Below are positions 41,101 to 49,774 of a stretch of DNA of 64,000 bases, one piece after another. This DNA is from a virus. The stretch is taken from IMG/VR virus record IMGVR_UViG_3300020045_014031, positions 33,184-97,183 of that record, one strand, 5' to 3'. The translations under genes and the position numbers were made by a program. Positions within the stretch are counted from its first letter, which is position 1. Every line of letters begins with the position of its first letter. The notes under the pieces were generated by a model. It was not told where the DNA came from, did no database searches, and saw nothing but the letters and a program-made list of their open reading frames with translations.

Positions 41101-41834
41101 CTAACACTGTCTGAAATATATACTGGAGTTAATTCAACAACTTTAGTTATACCACTGTTTGTAGATATAAAAGCAACTTGTATCTGTTTATATCTTCTAT
41201 CTAAATCAGTAATTACAAGATTTATTTCACTATTGTTGTTATTACCTGTATAACATGGTCTTCCATATATAAAATAATCAGTATATAAACCTTCATTTAT
41301 ATATCTTATTACAGGTACATAGCAACCTTTTAACAAACTACCTCCTTGTGATACAGAAGCATTTATTGTACATTTTTTCCATGATGAAAACAATAAATAA
41401 TCTTCAATATAAACATTCTTATTATTTTCAATATTAATAATACGTGGAGGATTTAAGTTATCTTTCCAAGCACAAATTAATTCTTTTTTATAATTTCTTT
41501 GAAATTCTCCTTTAATAGGATTATCTTGATTAAAATTGAACTTATAATCAAGTAAACTATCATCTACAACAGTAGTATAAATTTGTCTTAGTGTATCTAA
41601 TATACCTATCTCACTATAAGTATTATCAGTACTAAATATAATAGTTACATCATCTGTTTCAACTATACCGTTTATTTTATATTTTAAATCAGGAATATTT
41701 ATTTTTACAAAACCTTCCTCATTAGTTACAGAACCGTCAATATTACCTTGAATACCATTTTTACCAAATAAATAATATCCTTCGGGTGTATCTAAAGGTC
41801 TTGTATCTGTACATAATCCTTTTAAACTTTTCAT
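38124..41834 (-). CDS. tail stabilisation / muzzle protein
   Basis: 1236 aa; N-terminal KGLCTDT..NEEG, DNLNPPRIIN, C-terminal YTLSYS...WTFFHNYIPD, as in crAss-like tail stabilisation proteins. Confidence 0.8.
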   Translation of the reverse strand: MKSLKGLCTDTRPLDTPEGYYLFGKNGIQGNIDGSVTNEEGFVKINIPDLKYKINGIVETDDVTIIFSTDNTYSEIGILDTLRQIYTTVVDDSLLDYKFNFNQDNPIKGEFQRNYKKELICAWKDNLNPPRIINIENNKNVYIEDYLLFSSWKKCTINASVSQGGSLLKGCYVPVIRYINEGLYTDYFIYGRPCYTGNNNNSEINLVITDLDRRYKQIQVAFISTNSGITKVVELTPVYISDSVSVNYNGSYESETSLDIIFAITPYYTNVKSITQLNDELFLANLEEFNMNKINYYMQKEALKAKLKWKSTLVSNIVQQEGSSSTSFTSNDNYLSGKYKGFAHQEVYAFYIIGNLANGRKTGAYLIANRESIPDDISTSIVGSRVGVTAKKYQLEDTIDVNTIDYGNNSGEFGYWENENEFYPSENIESFGNPFEELEGQKIRHFKTPSHQLCYQEFYTNTTLNYGSKDLDVLSVIVDNFVIPTEIANYIVSYELVYAKRTQINITNLGQSLLLVGSKQKTQTGEPFNVTSTGGNFNYKAYGTDLEDEKSNFTEDTVLRFHSFDMLFNKLSIKPDIIINQLKYKKTLNTQSVVLPINNVTDIFNNTEGLQNDKGDFNTVFYKERSIYQIIDYTNITKSNINISIPVNNNLARKITNFKFAPNNSYFGDIDNRLLESCYTGILSGDNGTKLIEEDVSRQTITGTENEIYFPAYEITYLSNLIRIVSNVFVNFYNQELVNTGIAITGSTSQPIYGGDMFVSDYSFVTYGKRDIYDTVSSAEGSNRFVHRFLCETASNVNLRYEKIGDIYTNFYPKSSGKWIRSLDKSLEPNSFGYDKELNLLLEENIVSFNPFSEPQYIHPFRITRTSPNQREKSKRNWRNFAPLDYYEQPKNYGEIINLESLDDKLLIHHKNALFVTREKARLSTDILNVVLGAGDIFEFNPIQALETNLGYGGTKQDIGLIVSPLGYHFIEDGKPFIYKNGLKSLTNSMYNFFNSFLYINDNNPFKNKGIAYGYDRKNKRFLLTVKNGDNSYTLSYSIEKDNWTFFHNYIPDFYFHTKNDLFSIKDNKIYKNSGGKAGIYYTEEINPFIIDIVFRTEDDVTLETINWVSENVVNYLAENEYIDEFNTITHISVRNSHQHTSKIDLRNSTWWDKNYSKKRNQFSFNEIRNKITRDSVSFIEDIFKDYRLKDISLIDNWYHKDYLESNFFIVRFEYDNNIDSMFCLNEVGITYIDTL

Positions 41835-42340
41835 TTTGTTATTTGGATATATTTTTCTCCTTTAATAACTTCTGAATATATTAAAGGATAAATCTTTAAG
41901 TAATTTATTTTAGATTGAGCAACACCAAAAGCTGTTTTTTCATCACCTACAATTAAACAACCTTCTGTATCTTCTGCTGTATTACCCCAATGTATAAGTA
42001 CAAATTCAAAAGAAACATATTCATTCTTAACTTCTTTTAACCAAAGTAAATCATGTACTCTATAATCTTCTTTATCTTTTAATGTACTGTACTTTTCTTT
42101 TGTAATTAATTTTTTATTTTTATCACTCCAATAAAAGAAACTACTAAACTTAGGTGATTGTCTAAAACCTAATAAGTAAGTACCGTAAGGTATTGCTGTT
42201 TTACCTTTTATTTTTATCTTATCTCTTACTACGTCTTCTACTATATAACCTTCTTTCTTATCTTTAATATAGTTTTCAGATATTGTAAACTTAGTGTTAA
42301 AAATCTTTCTAACAACTTTAACTAATATATCTTTTTCCAT
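41831..42340 (-). CDS. DUF5675-like protein, putative peptidoglycan peptidase/endolysin
   Basis: TAIPYGTY..SPKF..VLIHWGNTAEDTEGCLIVG (His...GC, L,D-transpeptidase-like pattern). Confidence 0.75.
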   Translation of the reverse strand: MEKDILVKVVRKIFNTKFTISENYIKDKKEGYIVEDVVRDKIKIKGKTAIPYGTYLLGFRQSPKFSSFFYWSDKNKKLITKEKYSTLKDKEDYRVHDLLWLKEVKNEYVSFEFVLIHWGNTAEDTEGCLIVGDEKTAFGVAQSKINYLKIYPLIYSEVIKGEKYIQITK

Positions 42341-42352
42341 TTCTTTAGTATT

Positions 42353-43120
42353 TTATAAATCACCTCTATCGTAAAAATCGTAGCTAACTAACCCCATTTT
42401 ATCAATCATACCTTCTATTTTTTCTGGTGAAGGATAACTAATATTTTGTATTGCTTGAGTTCTAAATTTAGTATATAGTTCAAAGCTTTCCATAGGATTT
42501 CCATTTAAAAGTCCTTTTTTTCTTAACTTGTAATCTACCCAATTTATAACTGCTTCTGTATAGAAAATATTATCAGGTACTAATATTTCACCAAATTTAT
42601 CTTTTAATACTCCATGATAAAAAATATCTACACTACCTTCTTCAAATGTAAACTGTAAATAATTACCGTTTTGAGTATAAAACTCATTTGAGTAATCTTG
42701 AAAACTAACTACATAACTTTCAAGAGTTTGTAAAGCTTGTGTCCAAAAAGGTAAAGGTAAATTATTATCTGATTCTTTTATTAATTCTGGTGTTGGTAAT
42801 GCTGTTCTCCAAACAGTCATTTCTCTTGGTGTAATATGTATATCATTAAAAGTCTTAGCTCCTACAATAGAGTTTGAAAAATGTAATCTCAAATTGTTAT
42901 GGTATATAGCTAATACAGTTTGTGTACCTACTGGTAATTGTAATTGATTATTTTTTACATTTATTTTTTCATGATAAATACCTAATACAGAAGATATTTT
43001 CATTGTTTCAGTACATTCACCAATCCAGTTTTTTACTGTATTTTTATATGAAGTAGGAAAATTAATATCTGATTCACATTTAGCGTAAATTTCACTAAGA
43101 GAAATCCATTGTGTTATCAT
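42353..43120 (-). CDS. tail tubular / ring protein
   Basis: 255 aa; YTQNGNYLQFTFEEGSVDIFYHG..D..GEILVPD pattern; gene position. Confidence 0.65.
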   Translation of the reverse strand: MITQWISLSEIYAKCESDINFPTSYKNTVKNWIGECTETMKISSVLGIYHEKINVKNNQLQLPVGTQTVLAIYHNNLRLHFSNSIVGAKTFNDIHITPREMTVWRTALPTPELIKESDNNLPLPFWTQALQTLESYVVSFQDYSNEFYTQNGNYLQFTFEEGSVDIFYHGVLKDKFGEILVPDNIFYTEAVINWVDYKLRKKGLLNGNPMESFELYTKFRTQAIQNISYPSPEKIEGMIDKMGLVSYDFYDRGDL

Positions 43121-43131
43121 ATTTTTATTTT

Positions 43132-43683
43132 TTAAATATCTCTATCAAATTTTTTAACATCATAAGTATAAATTAAATCAGGATTTCTTCTAATCATTTG
43201 ACTTAATTTAAACTTTAAACCTAATGATTTATCATTTGTACCATCACTTCTTGCTACACTTAATTCATAGTTTTCTATGTTTTCAATTTGAGAACCTAAT
43301 TCTCTTTTTCTTTTACTTGCATCAGTACTATCTCTATGAAAGTAAAAAGCACATTGAGGAATAGTTTTATCTATTTTACTTATATCTTTATAAAATTTTA
43401 AATTAACTTCTTTACCACTATATCTAATAATTCTTAAATTACCTAAACCATAATCAAACCTTAATTTATAACCTTTTATTAAATATATACTTGCTTCTTT
43501 AAAATAAAACTTTAACAACTCTGAAAACTGTTCGTAAGTAATTATAGTATCTCCTTTTTTAATAAATTGTTTTGTATGTACACTACTTTCATTTTTTAAC
43601 CAACCTTCATGAACTTTTAAATTACAATAAAAATTCCAATACTCAGGAATACCTTTTGTCTTTTGTATTTTAGCAGGCTTCAT
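43132..43683 (-). CDS. IHF/HU-like DNA-binding protein
   Basis: TYEQFSELLKFYFKEASIYLIKGYKLRFDYGLGNLRI resembles the HU helix plus LPxxGxF arm; crAss structural blocks carry IHF-like genes. Confidence 0.55.
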   Translation of the reverse strand: MKPAKIQKTKGIPEYWNFYCNLKVHEGWLKNESSVHTKQFIKKGDTIITYEQFSELLKFYFKEASIYLIKGYKLRFDYGLGNLRIIRYSGKEVNLKFYKDISKIDKTIPQCAFYFHRDSTDASKRKRELGSQIENIENYELSVARSDGTNDKSLGLKFKLSQMIRRNPDLIYTYDVKKFDRDI

Positions 43684-43688
43684 CGTTT

Positions 43689-44321
43689 CTATTGTTTATT
43701 TATAATTACAGGAACTTGTTCTTCTTGTTGTCTATCTCTTACCTTTAAATCTTCTGACCATATAGCTTGTATAATTTTTTGAATTATATCATCAGTACAT
43801 TTAAACTCTATATCATCAATTGTTAATTTAGGATTTTTATCTAATTCAATTTGTTCTGGAAATTCTAAAGTAGATATAATACCTACAACAGGTAGTTCAA
43901 GAGTATTAAATATAACAATTTTATTTTCTCTTATATCATACATTACTTCTCCTTTAGTGTATTTTCTATTTAAACTATTACTAATACCTAAAGGATTTAC
44001 TTTACCAAAACTATTTGTAAAATCAATAGAACCTACAAATTCTATTGTATCACCTGTTCTTAACGGTTTATATATTTCTTTTTTACTTACTAATATTTTA
44101 TCTCCTACATCATAACCAAATTCCCATGAATTTACTTTTTCTAATTCTAATGTGTAATGATGTAAATAGTAACTAATATCAAAAGGGTTTGTTTTTAATG
44201 TTTGTCTTAAAATAGTATTTCTCCATATTCTAATTCTTTCTTTTAAAATATCTAAATATACTAAATCAAATTGTTTATCTTCTTTTTCTGCTATTAATAC
44301 AGCTATTTCGTTTATTTTCAT
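43689..44321 (-). CDS. tail ring / head-tail connector protein
   Basis: 210 aa; size and position in the crAss structural block. Confidence 0.55.
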   Translation of the reverse strand: MKINEIAVLIAEKEDKQFDLVYLDILKERIRIWRNTILRQTLKTNPFDISYYLHHYTLELEKVNSWEFGYDVGDKILVSKKEIYKPLRTGDTIEFVGSIDFTNSFGKVNPLGISNSLNRKYTKGEVMYDIRENKIVIFNTLELPVVGIISTLEFPEQIELDKNPKLTIDDIEFKCTDDIIQKIIQAIWSEDLKVRDRQQEEQVPVIINKQ

Positions 44322-44351
44322 TTTTGTATAAATTTATTTTAGTAAATAAAC

Positions 44352-44384
44352 AAAAAAAATGGTACATTAAAAAATGTACCATTT
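44352..44384 (-). terminator. intrinsic terminator
   Basis: AAATGGTACATT..AATGTACCATTT stem with a T tract on the minus strand. Confidence 0.85.
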
Positions 44385-44407
44385 ATAAATAAAACTCATA
44401 ATTAAAA

Positions 44408-45409
44408 CTAAACACCAAATAAAGTAGAAAGCTTAGTTACAACAGGCGTACTATTTAAAGCAACAACCATAGTTTCATATCTATTGAAATCTCTTTCGTT
44501 ATATGTTCTTGCTACTTGATTACTATCTCTCTTAATTTCAAACACTGTAAACAATGATGTACTTATAGTAGAGGTAAATTTAGTTGGATTTGGTGTTAAA
44601 TCTGTCAGTGGTGGGAATACCATTAACGGACTTGTTTTACCATCTGCAACAATCCCTTCTTGTTCAAAGTAAGCAATATCAGTTACTCCATTTACTGCAT
44701 CAAGAGGTGAAGTTGTAATTGTATTAGTGATTACACAAAAACCAGTTGATGTTACTGTAAAAGGTGCAAAAGAAACACCTGTTAAATTAAAAGTAATAGT
44801 TGTAGGTGTACTACCTGAACCTGCTACTACTACTGGTGTACTTGCTGTTACTCTTTGTCCTCTTGCATTTTCTGGATAAGTTAAATCATTAATTCTATTA
44901 GTGATTCTTGTTACTAATGCTTGAACTGTTTCATTTGTTAATGCTACAACTGTAAAACGTTGCTCATCAGGTACAAAATCATGTGTTTGTTTGTCAATAA
45001 TACCTATAGAATAATCTTCAAGAGGGTCAGCAACACAATTAATACAATTACCACAATCTGCTGTTCCATTACCTCCACAAGAAATTACAACTTGTGTAAC
45101 TTGAGAAGCTCCTGCAACACCAATTTGTTTTGTAATTGCTGTTCTTTTTTCGTAATCTGTACCTCCTACTTTAAATGAAGGTTCAACTTTAAAATCTCCA
45201 TTTCTTTTTTCAACAATGAACACTTCTGTTCCTGCTGTTATAGCTGATGTTCCGTCAAAAACGGAATTATCTGCTTTATTAATTACTGCTATTTCTCCTT
45301 CTGCTGCATTATTAATATAAGCAGAATAAGTTGTTTGTGCAGTATATGTTAGTGCTACTAATACTCCTGCAAATCTACCTTTGGTATTCTGATAATTCTT
45401 TGTGAACAT
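44408..45409 (-). CDS. auxiliary capsid / decoration protein
   Basis: 333 aa, T/A/V-rich, followed by its own terminator, three genes downstream of the MCP. Confidence 0.6.
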   Translation of the reverse strand: MFTKNYQNTKGRFAGVLVALTYTAQTTYSAYINNAAEGEIAVINKADNSVFDGTSAITAGTEVFIVEKRNGDFKVEPSFKVGGTDYEKRTAITKQIGVAGASQVTQVVISCGGNGTADCGNCINCVADPLEDYSIGIIDKQTHDFVPDEQRFTVVALTNETVQALVTRITNRINDLTYPENARGQRVTASTPVVVAGSGSTPTTITFNLTGVSFAPFTVTSTGFCVITNTITTSPLDAVNGVTDIAYFEQEGIVADGKTSPLMVFPPLTDLTPNPTKFTSTISTSLFTVFEIKRDSNQVARTYNERDFNRYETMVVALNSTPVVTKLSTLFGV

Positions 45410-45414
45410 TGTCT

Positions 45415-46044
45415 TTAATTGATTAATAATTGATTTTTATTATTTTCTCTTTTTAATCTATATTTTTCACTGTCGCCAGAACTTGCAGTTATGTTTTGCT
45501 GTGCTAACTCACTGATTAATATATGATAAAACTCTTTCAATTTACAATCATCTGTAATTGTTATTGTAGGAGGTTTAGTTATGTAAAGTAAATATATTTG
45601 TTTGAAATCAACACTATCTGATTGAATTTTCAATGTATTTGAGAACTGTAATACATTTACAAATGTAGTATTTCCTTTATAGAAAGGTAAGTTGTTAATA
45701 GTGCTTGCTAAATTACTTTTTATTTTATTTAACTTTAGTTTTCTATTATCTACTTTAACTTCCCCAGATAATAAAATATAACAATCATCAGGTATTTCAA
45801 AATTACCAGAATTATTCTTGTTTACAAATGAGCCTTTTAAAATATTAGTGAATAACTCTTGATTAATTTCATCAATTTCATAAAAACCATTAGTGTTATC
45901 AGGTCTAATATTATTCCTTATTAATTCATATTGAGCATCATTTAGATACCAAATAATTTCCTCATCTTGTAATCTTTTAGTTGAGTTACCATTAAGTTTA
46001 TTAAGCTTAACGGTAACATCAATTATCATTTCTTTTGTTTTCAT
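45415..46044 (-). CDS. tail ring / adaptor protein
   Basis: LQDEEIIWYLNDAQ..YITKP..CKLKEFYHILISELA, typical of crAss ring proteins. Confidence 0.65.
   Translation of the reverse strand: MKTKEMIIDVTVKLNKLNGNSTKRLQDEEIIWYLNDAQYELIRNNIRPDNTNGFYEIDEINQELFTNILKGSFVNKNNSGNFEIPDDCYILLSGEVKVDNRKLKLNKIKSNLASTINNLPFYKGNTTFVNVLQFSNTLKIQSDSVDFKQIYLLYITKPPTITITDDCKLKEFYHILISELAQQNITASSGDSEKYRLKRENNKNQLLIN
45820..45848 (+). repeat. dispersed motif copy (extended)
   Basis: GTTTACAAATGAGCCTTTTAAAATATTAG, 27/29 identical to 55523-55551. Confidence 0.9.
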
Positions 46045-46062
46045 TCAAGTAACCTTTATTTA

Positions 46063-46989
46063 TTAAAGAGTTTTTTCTTGATATTTATTTTTATAGTTAT
46101 TCATTTTTTCTCTGTTTTCTGGATTAACCATAAAATTAAGCATTTCTTCAAGACTATTAGCTAATTCTGCACCTGACATTACATCAATGTAACCACCGTA
46201 AGAAGTTTTACTTAATATATTTTTCTCACAATATCTTCTTAATCTTAATCTTGCTTTAAATTTATCTTCATCTTGTTTATATAAATCATACAATTCAATA
46301 AATTTAACAGGATTATCATTTACGTACTGATGTAATGTAAGTGTATTTTCAATATTATCTTCATGTACTTGTAAACCTAATTCAGATAACATTGTTCTTT
46401 GAGCAAGAGTTTCTTCTTTCATTTTTTCATACATAGAATTAGCTAATCCTATTGACTCTTGCTTTTTCAATCTATCTAATTTCTCTTGTGTTTTACTCTT
46501 CTTATAAAACCAAAAAATAGGAGATATTTGTCCTTCTGCTTCTGAATCTGCTGTTTCAGCATCATTTTCAAATAAAGCTTTATAAGTAATATAATCTGAA
46601 ACATTTATAGGTCTGTTAGTTTCACTTAATGGTTTACTATCATCTTCTAAACCTATTTCAAAATCTTTACCATTATAAGGAATTGAACAACTTAATGATT
46701 CATAATATTGATTTACTTCTTTTCTAAATTCATTAACAGTGTTTTCATTATAATCCATTGAAAGAATTTCTTGAAATAAAATTTTAATTGTTGTTCTTTC
46801 TTTCTCAAAATCATAAGGTTTATCTTTACCTTTAAATCCTAATCCTGTGTACATTTTAACTTTATTTTGTAATCTTGCACACTTCATCCTTAAAGATAAA
46901 CTATTCCATTCTTCCGTATTTGAATCTCTTTTATCTACTATTGGTGATAAATTTTGTGTTCTACAAATTGTAATAATATTGCTACCCAT
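46063..46989 (-). CDS. conserved protein downstream of the major capsid gene
   Basis: 308 aa; RPINVSDYITY motif; conserved position in crAss-like phages. Confidence 0.6.
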   Translation of the reverse strand: MGSNIITICRTQNLSPIVDKRDSNTEEWNSLSLRMKCARLQNKVKMYTGLGFKGKDKPYDFEKERTTIKILFQEILSMDYNENTVNEFRKEVNQYYESLSCSIPYNGKDFEIGLEDDSKPLSETNRPINVSDYITYKALFENDAETADSEAEGQISPIFWFYKKSKTQEKLDRLKKQESIGLANSMYEKMKEETLAQRTMLSELGLQVHEDNIENTLTLHQYVNDNPVKFIELYDLYKQDEDKFKARLRLRRYCEKNILSKTSYGGYIDVMSGAELANSLEEMLNFMVNPENREKMNNYKNKYQEKTL

Positions 46990-47023
46990 TGTTTTATTTG
47001 TTTTAAAGTTTTAATTATTTTAT

Positions 47024-47031
47024 CAAATATA
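47024..47031 (-). promoter_or_regulatory. possible Bacteroidota sigma-A -7 box (TAnnTTTG)
   Basis: TATATTTG on the minus strand right after the terminator T tract, 35 nt upstream of the 308 aa gene; no clear -33 box. Confidence 0.35.
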
Positions 47032-47033
47032 AC

Positions 47034-47065
47034 AAAAAAAGAGTAGGAAAATACCTACTCTTTTT
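47034..47065 (-). terminator. intrinsic terminator after the major capsid gene
   Basis: AAAAAGAGTAGG-aaaata-CCTACTCTTTTT. Confidence 0.88.
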
Positions 47066-47084
47066 CATTTATTTTTAATTAAAA

Positions 47085-48692
47085 TTAATACAAATTGTAA
47101 GGAGTATATTGTAAGTCAAATGAAGTGTTACCTCTTAAAAGTTGAACACCCATTTTATACATTCTCATATAACTTGATTTTTCTTCATCTGAACCAACTA
47201 CACCTAAAGATGATTTATCATCTAACATATTGTTACCTCCCATAATACTAATTGAAGGAGGAACATCGTTAAATCCTCTTAATACTGCGTGTTTGTACGG
47301 AGTAAACCCATCACCAAGAATTAATTGAATATTACTTTCTCCTTCATAATCTGAATCATCAAGTAAAATCATTCTTCCTGATTCACATGGTAAACCTGAT
47401 TCTTCATCAATTGGAGAGTTAGTAATTAAACTATTATCAAAAATACTTGTTTTCTTAACTTTAATAATCCATCCGTCAATATGATAGAAACCGTCAAAAT
47501 AACCTCCTAACATTAATGAATCAGAATTACCAGTGATAAATTTATCTGCAACTCCATTCCATCCATTTGGTTTTAAGAAATCAACACCTGCTCTTTTCAT
47601 AGCTGCATCAAAGATTCTAAACCCTAATGTTCCTGTATATAAAGTTTTTTCTTTTGGTGTCCCTTTAATACCATAGAATTGACGACCAATTAAATCAGAT
47701 AAAAACTTATGACTAAATTTATTATATGATACTTTATTTAGTACTTGAGATAAAATACCTGCTCCAATTGCAATTGGTTTACCTGTAAAGTTATCTTTTA
47801 AAGAGATAGTACCATTAGCATTTCTGTTATATTCTGAATACCACAATAAACTTTCAACTAATGTAAGGTTATCTATTTCATAGTTATAAGTATATTGGTC
47901 CATCCAATAACCACCTCCTTCTGTACCTCCTTTTAAATCTACTTCTGGATTAGTTTTAGCATCTTTAAATAAGATAATTTTACTTTTCTTATTTGCTGAT
48001 TCACCTTCCCATGATAAACCAGTTCTCATTTTAGTAATTTGATTCTTATAAGCAGAAGGTGTTATCATTCTTGCTATATCAATATTACGAGAACCTGATT
48101 CTGCAATTGCAGGGAACATATTAATCCATACTGTACCTGCTACTGTTTCACTTGCAGGACAAGCTTGTGTCATTATACCTGTTGGAATTTTAAGAGTATA
48201 ATACCATAAACCTCCTTGTGATTTTACATCAACTACATATAATTGTACCTTTCTTGGAGATTGGATAATATATGATTTATGTAAAGCATTTGTTTTAAAT
48301 ACAACAACAAATTCAGATTGTCCAATACCGTTAGAAGTTCCTGTAAGTGTTGTTGCTACTTCACTACCGTTTCTAAATGATGTCATTACTGGATAAGTAA
48401 ATTCAGTAGTACTAATCACTTTCAACGTACTATTAATATGAAAAGGATTATCTACTGTACCGTCTTCCATTGTCTGCATATTACTTGTATTAAAGTAACC
48501 TCCACCCATCAATTTAGTAGCTAATGGAAAATCTAACGGATTTTGTTTACCTAAGTAATAAATCAACTTACGAGTTAATTGTGCAGGAGTTGATTGTTTT
48601 TGAGCATAATAATTTTGCTCTGAAATAAGTTTTGTAGTATCTTGAATTGAATTGGATACTTTAAACTTTAGGTCTGGTGATTGTATTGCCAT
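47085..48692 (-). CDS. major capsid protein
   Basis: 535 aa after portal and scaffold; GAGILSQV, TLYTGTLG, LMLGGYF..YH.DG motifs of crAss-like MCPs; strong terminator downstream. Confidence 0.88.
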   Translation of the reverse strand: MAIQSPDLKFKVSNSIQDTTKLISEQNYYAQKQSTPAQLTRKLIYYLGKQNPLDFPLATKLMGGGYFNTSNMQTMEDGTVDNPFHINSTLKVISTTEFTYPVMTSFRNGSEVATTLTGTSNGIGQSEFVVVFKTNALHKSYIIQSPRKVQLYVVDVKSQGGLWYYTLKIPTGIMTQACPASETVAGTVWINMFPAIAESGSRNIDIARMITPSAYKNQITKMRTGLSWEGESANKKSKIILFKDAKTNPEVDLKGGTEGGGYWMDQYTYNYEIDNLTLVESLLWYSEYNRNANGTISLKDNFTGKPIAIGAGILSQVLNKVSYNKFSHKFLSDLIGRQFYGIKGTPKEKTLYTGTLGFRIFDAAMKRAGVDFLKPNGWNGVADKFITGNSDSLMLGGYFDGFYHIDGWIIKVKKTSIFDNSLITNSPIDEESGLPCESGRMILLDDSDYEGESNIQLILGDGFTPYKHAVLRGFNDVPPSISIMGGNNMLDDKSSLGVVGSDEEKSSYMRMYKMGVQLLRGNTSFDLQYTPYNLY

Positions 48693-48733
48693 TTCTCAGT
48701 TTTATTTTTAATCTTTTGTTTTAATTTTTATTT

Positions 48734-49726
48734 TTATCTAAATATGCTATCTACTGATATTTTTTCTTCTTTTTTACTTTTATCAATAACAGGTGATACA
48801 GGTTTTTTAGTATCTCCTACTCTTCTTTTAATTTCTTCTTGTTTTAATTTTGCAGTGTAAATTTTATCTCTTACTTTAGTATCAGCATTTATAACATGAC
48901 TTTCAATAACTTGTTTTATATTTTCATCAGTTAAAGGAATTTTATAATAAGCAACTCCTTTTTCAACAGAAGTATTAGCTAAAAAAGAATCATAAAGTCC
49001 TTGTTTTTTATTTTCTTGCAAACTTAATAAACCATCAAATAAATCATTACCTGTAAGAATACCTCCAGTAATATTAGCAACAGTTTCAACCATTTTAGAA
49101 TGTAACTCTTTTTCTTTTACTACTGCTTCTTCTTGTTTTTTTATTGATTCAGATAATTCTTGATTTCTTTTTTCAACAACATTTTTTGATTTATCAAACA
49201 AGGTTTCAGTATCAATAGCTTTTTTAATAATAGTATCGACAATATCTTCATCTATACCTTTTTTAAGTAAATCCTCTTTAAAAATACTTGATTGTAAAGT
49301 TATATTATTTTTTAAAGCATCTAATGAAACACTACTATTTTCTGTATTAATAAAACTGCTAAAAGGATTTCCTGCTTCAACATGAAGATATGCTTGGTAT
49401 AACTCAGGATGTGATTTTAAAGAATCTTCAATAAACATCTTAGCTCCTATACCGATAGAACGTCTAATAACTTCTGCAATACCTTCTTTTGTATCTAAAT
49501 CTAATCCTTCTTCAAAAGTTAAATCTTCTTTAAATAACTCTATTTCAGTTAAACCTAATTCTTCAAGAGATTCAAGTACAATAGGTTTAACTATTTCATT
49601 AGTTAAAATATCTTGTTGTTCTGTTGTTTCAGTTGTTGTATTTTGAGTATCTTGTTTTACAATATCATTTATATTAATTGTAAAATCCTCTTGTTCTTCT
49701 AATTCTGTAATTTCTCCGATTTGCAT
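48734..49726 (-). CDS. putative capsid scaffolding protein
   Basis: acidic N-terminus, helical, located between portal and MCP. Confidence 0.65.
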   Translation of the reverse strand: MQIGEITELEEQEDFTININDIVKQDTQNTTTETTEQQDILTNEIVKPIVLESLEELGLTEIELFKEDLTFEEGLDLDTKEGIAEVIRRSIGIGAKMFIEDSLKSHPELYQAYLHVEAGNPFSSFINTENSSVSLDALKNNITLQSSIFKEDLLKKGIDEDIVDTIIKKAIDTETLFDKSKNVVEKRNQELSESIKKQEEAVVKEKELHSKMVETVANITGGILTGNDLFDGLLSLQENKKQGLYDSFLANTSVEKGVAYYKIPLTDENIKQVIESHVINADTKVRDKIYTAKLKQEEIKRRVGDTKKPVSPVIDKSKKEEKISVDSIFR

Positions 49727-49774
49727 TTTATTATGTATTTATTATATGTTTTAACTATGATTAAATTCTTTCTC